Positions 49,968-60,861 of a stretch of 64,000 nucleotides of DNA are shown here, in pieces. The notes beneath the pieces are model-generated. The model was given only the letters and a program-made list of their open reading frames with translations, ran no database searches and had not been told where the DNA came from. Source of the stretch: Armatimonadota bacterium (lineage in GTDB: Bacteria > Armatimonadota > Fimbriimonadia > Fimbriimonadales > GBS-DC). Numbering within the stretch: position 1 is the first letter of the stretch; each line of letters starts with the position of its first letter. The stretch is taken from contig JBBIML010000008.1 of the NCBI GenBank assembly GCA_037444405.1, positions 4,225 through 68,224 on the forward strand. The letters are read 5' to 3'. Made by a program: the position numbers and the translations under genes.

Positions 49968-50789
49968 TCAGCGGGTATTCTCTTCCTGCAGATTCTCAAA
50001 CCACTCGCGCAGGGGCGCAATCAGCGCGTGTGCGGTGAAGTCAAGATGGATGGGCGTGATGGAGATGTAGCCTCGCGCGACGGCGTACACATCGGTGCCC
50101 GGCTGGTCGCGCTCCTCGATCAGGCTGCCGCTGAGCCAGTAGTAGGGTCGCCCCGCAGGGTCGATGCGCTCCTCGATGCGGTCGGCATACTGGCGCTTGC
50201 CCAGCGCGGTGACCTGAAAGCCTTTGATCTCGCTGAGCGGTCGGTTCGGCACATTCACATTCAGGAAGGTGTGTTCAGGCAGGTGATGCTGGCTCAACGC
50301 CCGCGCGATGCGATAGGCGGCTTCGGCAGCGGTTTCATAGTGCAAGGTGAGCGGAGTGGCTGACTCGTTGTTCGCGCGGGCAACTGGCAGTGCTTCTTCG
50401 GCTGCCAGCGAGATGGCGAAGGCGTTAATGCCATGCACAGCGCCCTCAATCGCCGCGGCGACCGTGCCCGAATAGGTCAGATCCCAGCCCAGATTGGGAC
50501 CCGCATTGATGCCCGACACCACCAGGTCGACCTGATGGTTCATCACGGCGTGCGCGCCCAGCGTCACGCAGTCGGTCGGCGTGCCGTTGGTGGCGTAGGC
50601 AAGGGTTCCGTCGGACAGATGCACGCGATGCAGGCGCAGGGGCTTGTGCAGCGTGATGGCGTGCCCCATCGCACTGCGGGGGCGATCGGGCGCGACGATA
50701 AACACCTCGCCCAGCGCACGCAACCGCGCCGCCAGCACACGAATGCCCTCCGCATAAACCCCATCATCGTTCGTGATAAGAATACGCAT
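49968..50789 (-). CDS. surE: 5'/3'-nucleotidase SurE
   Basis: ILITNDDG, GTPTDC, VSGINAGPNLG, YSGTVAAA, SITPI. Confidence 0.96.
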   Translation of the reverse strand: MRILITNDDGVYAEGIRVLAARLRALGEVFIVAPDRPRSAMGHAITLHKPLRLHRVHLSDGTLAYATNGTPTDCVTLGAHAVMNHQVDLVVSGINAGPNLGWDLTYSGTVAAAIEGAVHGINAFAISLAAEEALPVARANNESATPLTLHYETAAEAAYRIARALSQHHLPEHTFLNVNVPNRPLSEIKGFQVTALGKRQYADRIEERIDPAGRPYYWLSGSLIEERDQPGTDVYAVARGYISITPIHLDFTAHALIAPLREWFENLQEENTR

Positions 50790-51599
50790 TTATTCTGCGA
50801 CTTCTGCAATCACGCGGTCGGGGATCAGCCCCAGCCACTTCTTCAGGCGATAGATGGTCGTGTCGCGATTAAGTTCGGCAATTGCGCGAGTGATCGGGAT
50901 GCCTTTCGGGCAGACCTTCACGCAGTTCTGCGCGTTGCCGCAGCCCGTGATGCCCTCCGGACCCGAGATTGCCTCCAGCCGCTCATGCTCCAGCGTCGCG
51001 CCCACGGGGTGCAGGTTGAACAGTTTCACCTGCGTCAGCGGTGCTGGACCGATAAACGCTGACCGCTCGTTATATTGCGGGCATGCCTCCATACAGCAGC
51101 CGCAGGTCATACAGCGGGCGAAGGCGTAGCGCAGCTCCCGAATCCGATCGTCGATGCGCGGACCCGGACCCAGATCGTGCGTGCCATCGATGGGAATCCA
51201 TGCCTGAATCTTCTTCAGCGCTTCGAACATTCGGCTGCGATCCACAATCAGGTCGCGCACGATGGGGAACTTGCTCATCGGCTCCAGCGTGATTTCGATG
51301 GTGTCGCCACTGCGAACGCCAACATGGTCAATCAGGGCGGAGCATGCCTGCCGCACTTTGCCGTTGATGACCATCGTGCAGGTGCCACACACCTCTTCGA
51401 GGCAAGCCGCTTCCCATGCGGGGGGTGAGGTCGGTTTGCCGCTGGCATCGACAGGCTTGCGCTGAATCTCCATCAGGCAGGAGATGACATTCAGGTTAGG
51501 GCGGTAGGGCAGTTCGAACTCCTGCCAGTAGGGCTTGCTGTCGGGCGAGTCCTGCCGACGCACCTTCAGACGAACCGTTCGAATTGACAGGTCCTGCAT
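50790..51599 (-). CDS. sdhB: Succinate dehydrogenase iron-sulfur subunit
   Basis: CLEEVCGTC, RQAC, CMTCGCCMEAC, CGNAQNCVKVCP. Confidence 0.93.
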   Translation of the reverse strand: MQDLSIRTVRLKVRRQDSPDSKPYWQEFELPYRPNLNVISCLMEIQRKPVDASGKPTSPPAWEAACLEEVCGTCTMVINGKVRQACSALIDHVGVRSGDTIEITLEPMSKFPIVRDLIVDRSRMFEALKKIQAWIPIDGTHDLGPGPRIDDRIRELRYAFARCMTCGCCMEACPQYNERSAFIGPAPLTQVKLFNLHPVGATLEHERLEAISGPEGITGCGNAQNCVKVCPKGIPITRAIAELNRDTTIYRLKKWLGLIPDRVIAEVAE

Positions 51600-51721
51600 A
51601 GCGTCACCTCTGAGGCAATTATACCTGTTGCGGGCGGGTCAGGTGGCAGACCATTCGGGCATTCTGCTCACGCTCCCAGCTCTGCTAACGCTGGCTGCTC
51701 TCTGGATGATCCTGCCGGGAA

Positions 51722-51767
51722 GCCGATAATCGGGTATAGATGGCGGACGAGGAGCGTACGGAGCAGG
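51722..51767 (+). repeat. 46-bp direct repeat, left copy (duplicate of the flhB 5' end; right copy 52481-52526)
   Basis: gccgataatcgggtatagatggcggacgaggagcg(t/c)acggagcagg, one mismatch. Confidence 0.93.
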
Positions 51768-51782
51768 ATTGTGTTCTAACTA

Positions 51783-52130
51783 TCAGCGCTCTATCTCATT
51801 CAATAAGGTGCGTATCACAGACAACAGGTGTGGCAGGTGTTCATGAATTGCCTGCCACACAATTTCGTCATCCACAATATCGTAGCCATGAGCCAACACA
51901 TTACGAAAGTCGATAACACGGCGTGCATCAGGAATTTGGTCGAAGAGGTTGGGTTCGTGACGCGCTAATCGTGCCAGCGCCTCACCGATGATTTCGAATT
52001 GCCGCTCTACCGCCGAGCGTAGCAGTGCGCTGGCAACATACTCGTCAAAAGAGACTCCAGCCACAAACTGCTGGATGCGCTCGCCTGCTGACAGGATGTC
52101 ACTCAGCAGTCCCGCGGTTCGGTTGTTCAT
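51783..52130 (-). CDS. HEPN-domain (DUF86) toxin
   Basis: AVERQFEIIGEA, RNVLAHGY (RX4HXY). Confidence 0.92.
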   Translation of the reverse strand: MNNRTAGLLSDILSAGERIQQFVAGVSFDEYVASALLRSAVERQFEIIGEALARLARHEPNLFDQIPDARRVIDFRNVLAHGYDIVDDEIVWQAIHEHLPHLLSVIRTLLNEIER

Positions 52131-52428
52131 AAAGCACCACTCGCCGACGCTCTACCTCGCGCCGAAAGTAGGGGTTGCGGATAGCCCGCTCCATCAGGAG
52201 ATCCACAGGGCGCTGGAATAACTGCTCCAGGGCCTGCTTCAGATCAAAGTAGCGGTCAAAAAGTTGCTCGCGCCCTACGAACTCCACCAGCAGGTCGATG
52301 TCGCTCCGCTCGGGATCGAACTCGGCTTCGGAGGTTGCCGACCCGATTAGCTCCAGTCGCGCGACGCGATATTGCTGACATAGTTTTTCAATCTGTTCCC
52401 GATGCTGCTGAACAAGGCTGACAGGCAT
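52099..52428 (-). CDS. Minimal nucleotidyltransferase (MNT) antitoxin
   Basis: IGSA...SDIDLLVEF, VDLL, NPYF. Own -10 GG-TATATT 7 nt before the ATG. Confidence 0.92.
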   Translation of the reverse strand: MPVSLVQQHREQIEKLCQQYRVARLELIGSATSEAEFDPERSDIDLLVEFVGREQLFDRYFDLKQALEQLFQRPVDLLMERAIRNPYFRREVERRRVVLYEQPNRGTAE

Positions 52429-52498
52429 CGCTCTAAATATACCCGCTTGCTAACGGTGTGGTGAGAAGTGCCTTCCCTGTGCCGATAATCGGGTATAG

Positions 52499-53542
52499 AT
52501 GGCGGACGAGGAGCGCACGGAGCAGGCGACGCCGCGCCGGCGGCAGGAGGCGCGGCGCAAAGGGCAGGTAGCACGCTCGGCGGAGGTGAACGCCGCCTGC
52601 GTGTTTCTGGCGTTCGTGCTGATGCTGCCGCTCGTGCTGCGCTGGGGCGGCGAGCGACTGCTGCTGACCGTTCAGCACGGCATTCTCGCGGCAGGCTCGA
52701 TGCGCCCGTCGGAGGCGGTGCTGTGGAGCGCGCTCGCCATGCTGACGCCCATCATGGGGCTGGCGCTGCTCGTCGCGCTGGTCGCCAACCTGATTCAGGT
52801 CGGCTTCACCCTTTCTGCCCATCCTCTTCAGCCCGATTTGAACCGCATCGATCCCATCAAGGGCTTCCAGCGGCTCTTCTCGGCGCGGGCGATGGTGGAG
52901 CTGCTCAAGGCGTTGCTCAAGTTCGGGCTGATTGCGTGGGTGGCGTGGCGCACCCTTCAGGGCGAGCTGGACGCGCTGATGGCGACCGCCCGGATGCCCC
53001 TGCCCGACGCGCTCGCGCCAATCGGGAATGCGCTCTATCAGGTCGGGCTGCGTGTGGGCGTCCTGTGGCTGATTCTGGCACTGCTGGACTATCTCTATCA
53101 GCGGTGGGAGTTCGAACGGAGCATTCGCATGTCGCGCTATGAGCTGCTGGAGGAGTTCCGCCAGACGGAGGGCGACCCCCATGTGCGCATGCGTCAGCGC
53201 CAGCGAATGCAACAGATTGCGCGTGCGCGGCAGATTATGGAGGTGCGCCGTGCCGATGTGGTGGTCACGAACCCGGTGACTTATGCGGTGGCGTTGCGTT
53301 ATGATCGGGCGAGCATGCGGGCGCCGCGTGTGGTTGCCAAAGGGCGGGGCTGGCTCGCGCGGCGTATTCGGGAGGAAGCGCTGCGTTGGCATGTGCCCAT
53401 CGTGCCGAACCCGCCGCTGGCGCGCAGCCTCTACGCGCAGGTGGAGGTCGGGCAGGAGATCCCGGCGGCGCTCTATCAGGCGGTGGCGGAGGTGCTGGCG
53501 TATGTGTACCGCCTGCGCCGCGCCCATAGACCAACCCCTTGA
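52499..53542 (+). CDS. flhB: Flagellar/T3SS export switch protein FlhB
   Basis: ERTEQATPRRRQEARRKGQV, RIDPIKG, EEFRQTEGDP, TNPVTYAVALRY, VVAKG, LYQAVAEVL. Confidence 0.9.
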   Translation: MADEERTEQATPRRRQEARRKGQVARSAEVNAACVFLAFVLMLPLVLRWGGERLLLTVQHGILAAGSMRPSEAVLWSALAMLTPIMGLALLVALVANLIQVGFTLSAHPLQPDLNRIDPIKGFQRLFSARAMVELLKALLKFGLIAWVAWRTLQGELDALMATARMPLPDALAPIGNALYQVGLRVGVLWLILALLDYLYQRWEFERSIRMSRYELLEEFRQTEGDPHVRMRQRQRMQQIARARQIMEVRRADVVVTNPVTYAVALRYDRASMRAPRVVAKGRGWLARRIREEALRWHVPIVPNPPLARSLYAQVEVGQEIPAALYQAVAEVLAYVYRLRRAHRPTP

Positions 53543-53569
53543 CAACGCGGGAAGACGATGTGGTATAAT
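53539..53569 (+). promoter_or_regulatory. Promoter of the tRNA cluster
   Basis: TTGACA 53539-53544, extended TGG-TATAAT 53561-53569 (19-nt spacer). Confidence 0.7.
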
Positions 53570-53587
53570 AGACCTGCTCGGCGTGCC

Positions 53588-53663
53588 GGGCGAATAGCTC
53601 AGGTGGGAGAGCGCTTCCCTTACAAGGAAGAGGTCGCAGGTTCGAGTCCTGCTTCGCCCACCA
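53588..53663 (+). tRNA. tRNA-Val(UAC)
   Basis: Anticodon arm CTTCC-CT-TAC-AA-GGAAG, CCA end. Confidence 0.97.
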
Positions 53664-53680
53664 TCGCCGCGTGTGGGGCA

Positions 53681-53758
53681 GGGGCTGTAGCTCAGCCAGG
53701 TCAGAGCGCCAGCCTGTCACGCTGGAGGTCGCGGGTTCAAGTCCCGTCAGCCCCGCCA
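53681..53758 (+). tRNA. tRNA-Asp(GUC)
   Basis: CCAGC-CT-GTC-AC-GCTGG, CCA end. Confidence 0.97.
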
Positions 53759-53771
53759 GCCGGGTAGATTT

Positions 53772-53846
53772 GCCGGGGTAGCTCAGTGGTAGAGCACGGG
53801 ACTGAAAATCCCGGTGTCGTCGGTTCGACTCCGACCCCCGGCACCA
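53772..53846 (+). tRNA. tRNA-Phe(GAA)
   Basis: CGGGA-CT-GAA-AA-TCCCG, CCA end. Confidence 0.97.
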
Positions 53847-53848
53847 AC

Positions 53849-53934
53849 GGGCGAGTGGTGGAACTGGTAGACACGCCAGACTTAGGATCTGGTGGGCACT
53901 GCCCGTGGGAGTTCGAGTCTCCCCTCGCCCACCA
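53849..53934 (+). tRNA. tRNA-Leu(UAG)
   Basis: CCAGA-CT-TAG-GA-TCTGG, long variable arm, CCA end. Confidence 0.97.
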
Positions 53935-53958
53935 AAATCGGGTATAATACATACATGA

Positions 53959-54033
<75 letters not shown>

Positions 54034-54052
54034 GCTTTTGTGAGGCAGAGCG

Positions 54053-55339
54053 ATGGAAATCACTGTCCAGCAACTTGACCCCGTGAATGTTCAACTGCAT
54101 ATCGAGGTGGAGCCTGAAGCTGTTAATCGCGCGTTTGAACGCGCCATTCGCACGCTGGGCAGGGCAATCCAGGTGCCAGGCTTCCGCCCCGGTCAGGCGC
54201 CCATCAGTGTGCTGCGTCAGCGCCTCTCCGATGAACTGGTGCGTCGCGCCGCCCGCGACCTGCTCATCGAGGAATCGCTCGCTGCCGCGCTGGAACAGCA
54301 GGCGCTCGTGCCTTACACCACCCCGCAGATCGAAATCGAGCAGCTGCAGGAGGGGGAGCCGTTCCGGTATAAGGCGCTGGTGTCGCTTGCGCCACAGGTG
54401 GAACTGGGCGACTATCGCGATATCCGCCTGGAGAGCGCGCCCCAGCAAGCCACCGACGAAGAAATCCAGCAGTCGCTCGAATCGCTTCAGGAGCAGCTGA
54501 TGGAGCTGAAACGCGCCAGCGACCGCCCCGCGCAACCTCAGGATCGGCTCGTCATCCGCCTGCGCTCGCTGGAAGACGAGGATGCCCCGCCCAGCCGCTA
54601 TATGGTCATTCTGGGCGAATCGTTCGGCGAGCTGGATAACGCGCTTGCCGGCATGCGCGAGGGCGAAACCCGAACCGTCACGCTCACCTTCCCCGAAGAT
54701 TTCAGCGACGAACGGCTGGCGGGCAAGATGAAGCAGGTCGAAATCACCCTGGAGCAGATCCATGCACCGCAGCTGCCCCCGCTCGATGACCTGTTCGCTC
54801 AGCGGCTGGGGCTAAGCACGCTCGACGAACTGCGTGAAACCATCCGCCAGAGCATCGTCGCTGACAAGGAGCAACGCGAAACCGAACGGCTCGAAGGCGA
54901 ACTGCTGAGTATCCTGCGCCAGCGCAGCACCGTCCACCTGCCACAGACGCTCATCCAGCAGCAGGTTCGACAGGAGCTGGAGGAGCTGGTGGAGCGCCTG
55001 CAGGCGAACAATCTCACCCTGCAGGACTTCCTGCAACATTCGGGCATGAGCCAGGAGCAGCTGACCGAACGGCTGCTCCAGCGTGCCGTCGTGAAACTGC
55101 AGAACACCTTCATCCTGCTCGAAATCGCCCGGCGCGAGGGCGTCGAGGTCAACCCCGACGAGGTGCAGGCAGTGATCCAGACAGCCGCGCAACAGATTGC
55201 CACCTCACCTGAAGAGCGCGCCCGCATGCTCAACGACGCCGAACTCGCGCGACGCATTCGCAACGAGATGGTGCTGGAAAAAACGGTACAGAAACTGCTC
55301 ACAATCGTCCAAAATAGGGAGGAAGGAGCAACGCCATGA
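54053..55339 (+). CDS. tig: Trigger factor
   Basis: [10 protein letters not shown] ribosome-binding motif, FKBP-like TLTFPEDF, position before clpP. Confidence 0.92.
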   Translation: MEITVQQLDPVNVQLHIEVEPEAVNRAFERAIRTLGRAIQVPGFRPGQAPISVLRQRLSDELVRRAARDLLIEESLAAALEQQALVPYTTPQIEIEQLQEGEPFRYKALVSLAPQVELGDYRDIRLESAPQQATDEEIQQSLESLQEQLMELKRASDRPAQPQDRLVIRLRSLEDEDAPPSRYMVILGESFGELDNALAGMREGETRTVTLTFPEDFSDERLAGKMKQVEITLEQIHAPQLPPLDDLFAQRLGLSTLDELRETIRQSIVADKEQRETERLEGELLSILRQRSTVHLPQTLIQQQVRQELEELVERLQANNLTLQDFLQHSGMSQEQLTERLLQRAVVKLQNTFILLEIARREGVEVNPDEVQAVIQTAAQQIATSPEERARMLNDAELARRIRNEMVLEKTVQKLLTIVQNREEGATP

Positions 55340-55941
55340 GCCGGATCATCCGAAGTCAGCTGATACCGATGGTGGTGGAGCAGACGGCGCGAGGCGAACG
55401 CGCTTACGACATCTATTCGCGCCTGCTCAAGGACCGAATCATCTTTCTCGGTGAACCCATCGATGACCAGGTCGCCAACCTCGTGATCGCGGAGCTGCTC
55501 TTTCTGGAGAAGGAGGACCCCGACAGGGACATCGATATGTACATCAACACGCCGGGGGGCATCGTGAGCGCAGGGCTGGCTATCTACGACACGATGCAAG
55601 CCATCAAGCCCGATGTGGCGACCATCTGTGTTGGGCAGGCTGCCAGCATGGGCGCCGTGCTGCTGGCAGGCGGCGCGCCCGGCAAACGCTACGCCCTGCC
55701 ACACGCCCGAATTATGATCCATCAGGTTCATGCAGGCTTCCAGGGCACTGCCATCGATATCGAAATTCAAGCCCGCGAAGTGCTGCGCTACAAAGACATC
55801 CTCAACAACATCCTGCACAAACACACAGGTCAGCCGCTGGAACGCATCGAACAGGACACCGCGCGCGACTACTTTATGTCTGCGAAAGAAGCGCAGGAGT
55901 ATGGAATAATCGACCATATCCTGGACCGTAGCGGTCGATAA
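55336..55941 (+). CDS. clpP: Clp protease proteolytic subunit
   Basis: [33 protein letters not shown]. Confidence 0.97.
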   Translation: MSRIIRSQLIPMVVEQTARGERAYDIYSRLLKDRIIFLGEPIDDQVANLVIAELLFLEKEDPDRDIDMYINTPGGIVSAGLAIYDTMQAIKPDVATICVGQAASMGAVLLAGGAPGKRYALPHARIMIHQVHAGFQGTAIDIEIQAREVLRYKDILNNILHKHTGQPLERIEQDTARDYFMSAKEAQEYGIIDHILDRSGR

Positions 55942-55956
55942 CAGGGAGGTTCATGC

Positions 55957-57207
<1,251 letters not shown>

Positions 57208-57260
57208 ACAAGGCAGGAATCGGGCGCTGGCGCGTCTAATCGAGCAGGTGGGATGAAACG

Positions 57261-58523
57261 ATGATGTACGGTGGAATGCGTGGTTCCGGCAGAATGTTTC
57301 GGTTGCTGATCCGCCATGCAGGCGTCACGCGCGAGATGGGCGGCGAGGAGCTCTCGCTCGCTGTGCAGCGCGTCGACCGCATGTTTATCGAGGCGCTCGA
57401 AGCGGGCGCGTCCGATATTCACATGCACCCCGAACGCAACATGCTGCGCATCCGGTTCCGCATCGACGGCGTGCTGCACGAGCATGAGACCATCACGGAG
57501 CCTGATCTGTGGCAGGCGATGATTGCACGGGTCAAGCTCGCCGCCAATATGCATTTAGACGAGAAGCGCGACACGCAGGACGGGCGCATCGATATGGAGT
57601 ATATGGACCGGCGGCTCAGCGCGCGCGTCTCCTGTATCCCGTCGCTGAACGGCGAGCGCATCGTGATGCGCATTCTGGATCCAGCCAAGATGATGGTCAA
57701 ACTCGACACACTGGGCATGCCGCAGGATGTGCTGGCGAACTGGCGCCGCGCCCTGCAGGTCGCCTACGGCATGCTGGTCGTCACCGGTCCCACAGGCTCC
57801 GGCAAAACCTCCACGCTCTACGCCTCGCTCCACACGCTCGATCGCGTTCACCGCAACATCGTCACGGTGGAAGACCCGGTGGAGTACGAGTTCCCCGATA
57901 ATGTGATGCAGGTGCAGGTGAGCGATAAGATTACTTTCCCGCGTGCGTTGCGGGCGATGCTGCGACACGACCCCGATGTGATTATGATTGGCGAGATTCG
58001 CGACCGCGAATCGCTACAGATAGGCATTCAGGCGGCGCTCACGGGGCATCTGGTGCTGTCCACGCTGCACACCAATAACGCCATCGAGACCATCAGCCGC
58101 ATGATCGATATGGGCGCGGAGGATTATCTGATTGCGGCGACTCTGCAGTGCGCGATGGCGCAGCGACTGGTGCGTCTCATCTGTCCCGATTGCCGCACGC
58201 CCTATCAGCCGACGGCGGACGAACTGACGGCGTTGCGCATCCCGAAAGAGACCGCCTCGCAGTTCCAGTTCTTCATCGGCAAGGGCTGTACGCAGTGTCG
58301 GGGCACAGGCTTTCGCGGGCGCACGGGGATTTTTGAGCTGCTGCGTATCAGTCCTGCTATCCGCGAGGCGATTGTGAATCGCGTGCCGGGCGACCAGATT
58401 CTGCAGATTGCCCAGAAAGAGGGCTTCCGCACGATGCTGGACGATGGGCGCGATAAGGTGCTGCGCGGCTTGACCACCCCCCACGAGGTGATTCAGGCGG
58501 TGTATGCCGGGGTCTATGAGTAG
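57261..58523 (+). CDS. GspE/PilB-family secretion ATPase, short N-terminus
   Basis: [55 protein letters not shown]...CTQC. Confidence 0.93.
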   Translation: MMYGGMRGSGRMFRLLIRHAGVTREMGGEELSLAVQRVDRMFIEALEAGASDIHMHPERNMLRIRFRIDGVLHEHETITEPDLWQAMIARVKLAANMHLDEKRDTQDGRIDMEYMDRRLSARVSCIPSLNGERIVMRILDPAKMMVKLDTLGMPQDVLANWRRALQVAYGMLVVTGPTGSGKTSTLYASLHTLDRVHRNIVTVEDPVEYEFPDNVMQVQVSDKITFPRALRAMLRHDPDVIMIGEIRDRESLQIGIQAALTGHLVLSTLHTNNAIETISRMIDMGAEDYLIAATLQCAMAQRLVRLICPDCRTPYQPTADELTALRIPKETASQFQFFIGKGCTQCRGTGFRGRTGIFELLRISPAIREAIVNRVPGDQILQIAQKEGFRTMLDDGRDKVLRGLTTPHEVIQAVYAGVYE

Positions 58524-59652
58524 CGTTGACGCCGCGCCCAAAGGGTTCGCCTTTGAGGTTCTTGCCCGCTCAACCCGCAGCCATGCGCGGCTGGGACGAC
58601 TGTATACGCCACACGGGATTGTCGACACGCCCGCCTTCATGCCCATCGGCACGCAGGCGACGGTCAAAACGCTCAGCCAGGAGGAGCTGGAAACACTCGG
58701 CTACGCGCTTATCCTGGCGAACACCTATCACCTCTATCTGCGTCCGGGCGCGGAGCGCATCGCGCGGCTGGGCGGGCTGCACGCCTTCATGAGCTGGCGC
58801 GGCGCGATTCTGACCGACAGCGGCGGCTATCAGGTGTTCAGCCTGACGCCCCTGCGCGAAATCGACGAGGACGGGGTGACCTTCCGCTCGCATATCGACG
58901 GCTCGCTCCATCGGCTCACGCCCGAACGCGCAGTGGAAGTGCAGCGACTGCTCGGCAGCGATATCGCGATGGCGCTCGATGAGTGCCCGCCCTATCCCGC
59001 CGATTACGACCAGGTGGCGCAGGCGACCGAGCGCACCTACCGCTGGGCGATTCGCTGTAAACAGGCGTGGCTCCAGAGCTTTGAACCACTCGCCCCGACT
59101 GGTGAGGAAGAGGGAGCGGGTGAGGGAGTTCTCTTCGGTATCGTGCAGGGCGGTGTGTATGAGAACCTGCGCCAGATGAGCATCGAGCAGATAACCAGCC
59201 TCAATCTGCCCGGCTATGCGATTGGCGGTGTGTCGGTGGGCGAGCCTGCGGAGCTGATGTGGGCGGTGGTGGAGTTCACCGCGCCGCGTCTGCCCATCGA
59301 CCGCCCCCGCTATCTGATGGGCGTTGGCACGCCCGACGACATTCGGCACGCCGTCGCCTGCGGTGTGGACCTGTTCGACTGCGTGCTGCCCACACGCCTG
59401 GGGCGACATGGCGCGGTGTTCACTTCGCGCGGGCGGCTCAACCTGCGCAACGCGCGATTCGCCGAGTGCAAAGAGCCGATTGACCCCGAGTGCGACTGTG
59501 CCGTCTGCCAGCGATACAGCCTCGCCTACATTCATCACCTGTTTCGTGCGGGCGAGATGCTGGGCTATCGGCTGGCGTCCTATCACAATCTGGCATATTA
59601 CGCCCGCTGGATGCGCCGTTTGCGCGAGGCGATTGCGGCGGGCACGCTCTAA
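58516..59652 (+). CDS. tgt: tRNA-guanine transglycosylase
   Basis: TPAFMPIGT, NTYHL, LTDSGGYQ, FGIVQGG, RYLMGVG, DLFDCVLPTR, CDCAVC. Confidence 0.96.
   Translation: MSSVDAAPKGFAFEVLARSTRSHARLGRLYTPHGIVDTPAFMPIGTQATVKTLSQEELETLGYALILANTYHLYLRPGAERIARLGGLHAFMSWRGAILTDSGGYQVFSLTPLREIDEDGVTFRSHIDGSLHRLTPERAVEVQRLLGSDIAMALDECPPYPADYDQVAQATERTYRWAIRCKQAWLQSFEPLAPTGEEEGAGEGVLFGIVQGGVYENLRQMSIEQITSLNLPGYAIGGVSVGEPAELMWAVVEFTAPRLPIDRPRYLMGVGTPDDIRHAVACGVDLFDCVLPTRLGRHGAVFTSRGRLNLRNARFAECKEPIDPECDCAVCQRYSLAYIHHLFRAGEMLGYRLASYHNLAYYARWMRRLREAIAAGTL
59086..59126 (-). repeat. Degenerate hairpin repeat copy, in-frame inside tgt
   Basis: Reverse complement ccctcacccgctccctcttcctcaccagtcggggcgagtgg. Confidence 0.7.
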
Positions 59653-60323
59653 AAAAGGCTCAGCTGCTCTTCATCTGGCGGTACAATGGGCTGCTGCTCC
59701 TGCTGGCGCTTTCTGAGTTCGATCACTTTGGCGCGGGCAGCTCTCAAATCCTCCACCAGCGAGGCATAGGCTTGATCGAAGGCGGGACCCGCCTGACGCA
59801 GGATGTAGGCAGGATGCAGCGCCGCAATCGCGGCAGGCGCCCAGCGCGAGGTGAACCACTGCCCGCGCTCCTGCATAATCCGAAAGTTTTTATGGATAAT
59901 CACCGACGCGGCGGGACCGCCCAGACACACAATCACCAGCGGGCGAATGAGCGTCAGCTGGGCATCGAGCCACGGCAGGCAGGCTTGAATCTCATCGGCA
60001 GCGGGCGGACGGTTGCGGGCGCGACCGTTTTCCACTATGAAGGCGCGGCACTTAATAATGTTGCAGATGTAGACATGCTGGCGTCCCATACCCGCCTCGC
60101 GCAGGGCGCGGTCTAACAGGGCGCCTGCGCGCCCCACAAAGGGTCGCCCCGTCAGATCCTCCTGTTCGCCCGGTCCTTCGCCCACTAACACCAGCGGCGA
60201 GCGCGGATTGCCCTCACCGAACACCACATTGGTGCGCGTCTGCGCCAGGTGGCAGGCGGTGCAGACCTTCGCCTTCTGCTCCACCTCCTGCAACAGCTCT
60301 TCAACGGGGCGCTCCGGTTGCAT
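59649..60323 (-). CDS. Uracil-DNA glycosylase family 4
   Basis: CTACHL, VFGEG, GEGPG..EDLTGRPFVG, NIIKCR, HPAYILR. Start moved to ATG 60323. Confidence 0.92.
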   Translation of the reverse strand: MQPERPVEELLQEVEQKAKVCTACHLAQTRTNVVFGEGNPRSPLVLVGEGPGEQEDLTGRPFVGRAGALLDRALREAGMGRQHVYICNIIKCRAFIVENGRARNRPPAADEIQACLPWLDAQLTLIRPLVIVCLGGPAASVIIHKNFRIMQERGQWFTSRWAPAAIAALHPAYILRQAGPAFDQAYASLVEDLRAARAKVIELRKRQQEQQPIVPPDEEQLSLF

Positions 60324-60816
60324 CCTCTCCCTCCTGCAGAGCGGCTTTAAGACGCTGATAGGTCTCTTCGAGGCTTTCGGGCAACACACGCACCTCGCCG
60401 ATGGTGGTCATGAAGTTCGTGTCGCCGTGCCAGCGGGGCACGATGTGTAGGTGCAGGTGCCCCTCGATGCCTGCGCCTGCCGCACGCCCGATGTTGAAGC
60501 CGATATTGAAGCCGTCAGGCTGATAGACCTGCTCCAGCGCCCGCACGCATCGCCGTGTCAGTCGCCACAGGTCCAGGCTCTCCTCATCGCTTAGCCCGCT
60601 GATGTCGGGCAGATGGCGGTACGGCGCGACCATCAGATGCCCGCTGGTGTAGGGGAAGAGATTGAGCATCGCGAAGGCATGCGTGCCGCGCAGCACGATA
60701 AGGTTGGCGTCATCCTGCTGCTCGGCGGGTTTGGCACAGAAGATACAGCCCGTGTCGCCCTTGCCAGCCGTGCGCACATATGGCATCCGCCACGGCGCCC
60801 ACAACCGCTCACTCAT
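60301..60816 (-). CDS. HIT family hydrolase
   Basis: LWAPWR, CIFC, NLFPYTSGHLMV, HLHLHIVPRW. Start ATG 60816, 7 nt after GG-TATACT. Confidence 0.93.
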   Translation of the reverse strand: MSERLWAPWRMPYVRTAGKGDTGCIFCAKPAEQQDDANLIVLRGTHAFAMLNLFPYTSGHLMVAPYRHLPDISGLSDEESLDLWRLTRRCVRALEQVYQPDGFNIGFNIGRAAGAGIEGHLHLHIVPRWHGDTNFMTTIGEVRVLPESLEETYQRLKAALQEGEDATGAPR

Positions 60817-60861
60817 GGAAACAAGTATACCTGCCCCCACACCGAGCGTTCAGGCGAGCGG

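Noticed and set aside
51776-52454. Integron cassette: GTTAG on the minus strand at both ends of the TA pair
   Set aside because: No inverse core (RYYYAAC) or attC-like hairpin at a suitable distance, and no integrase in the window.
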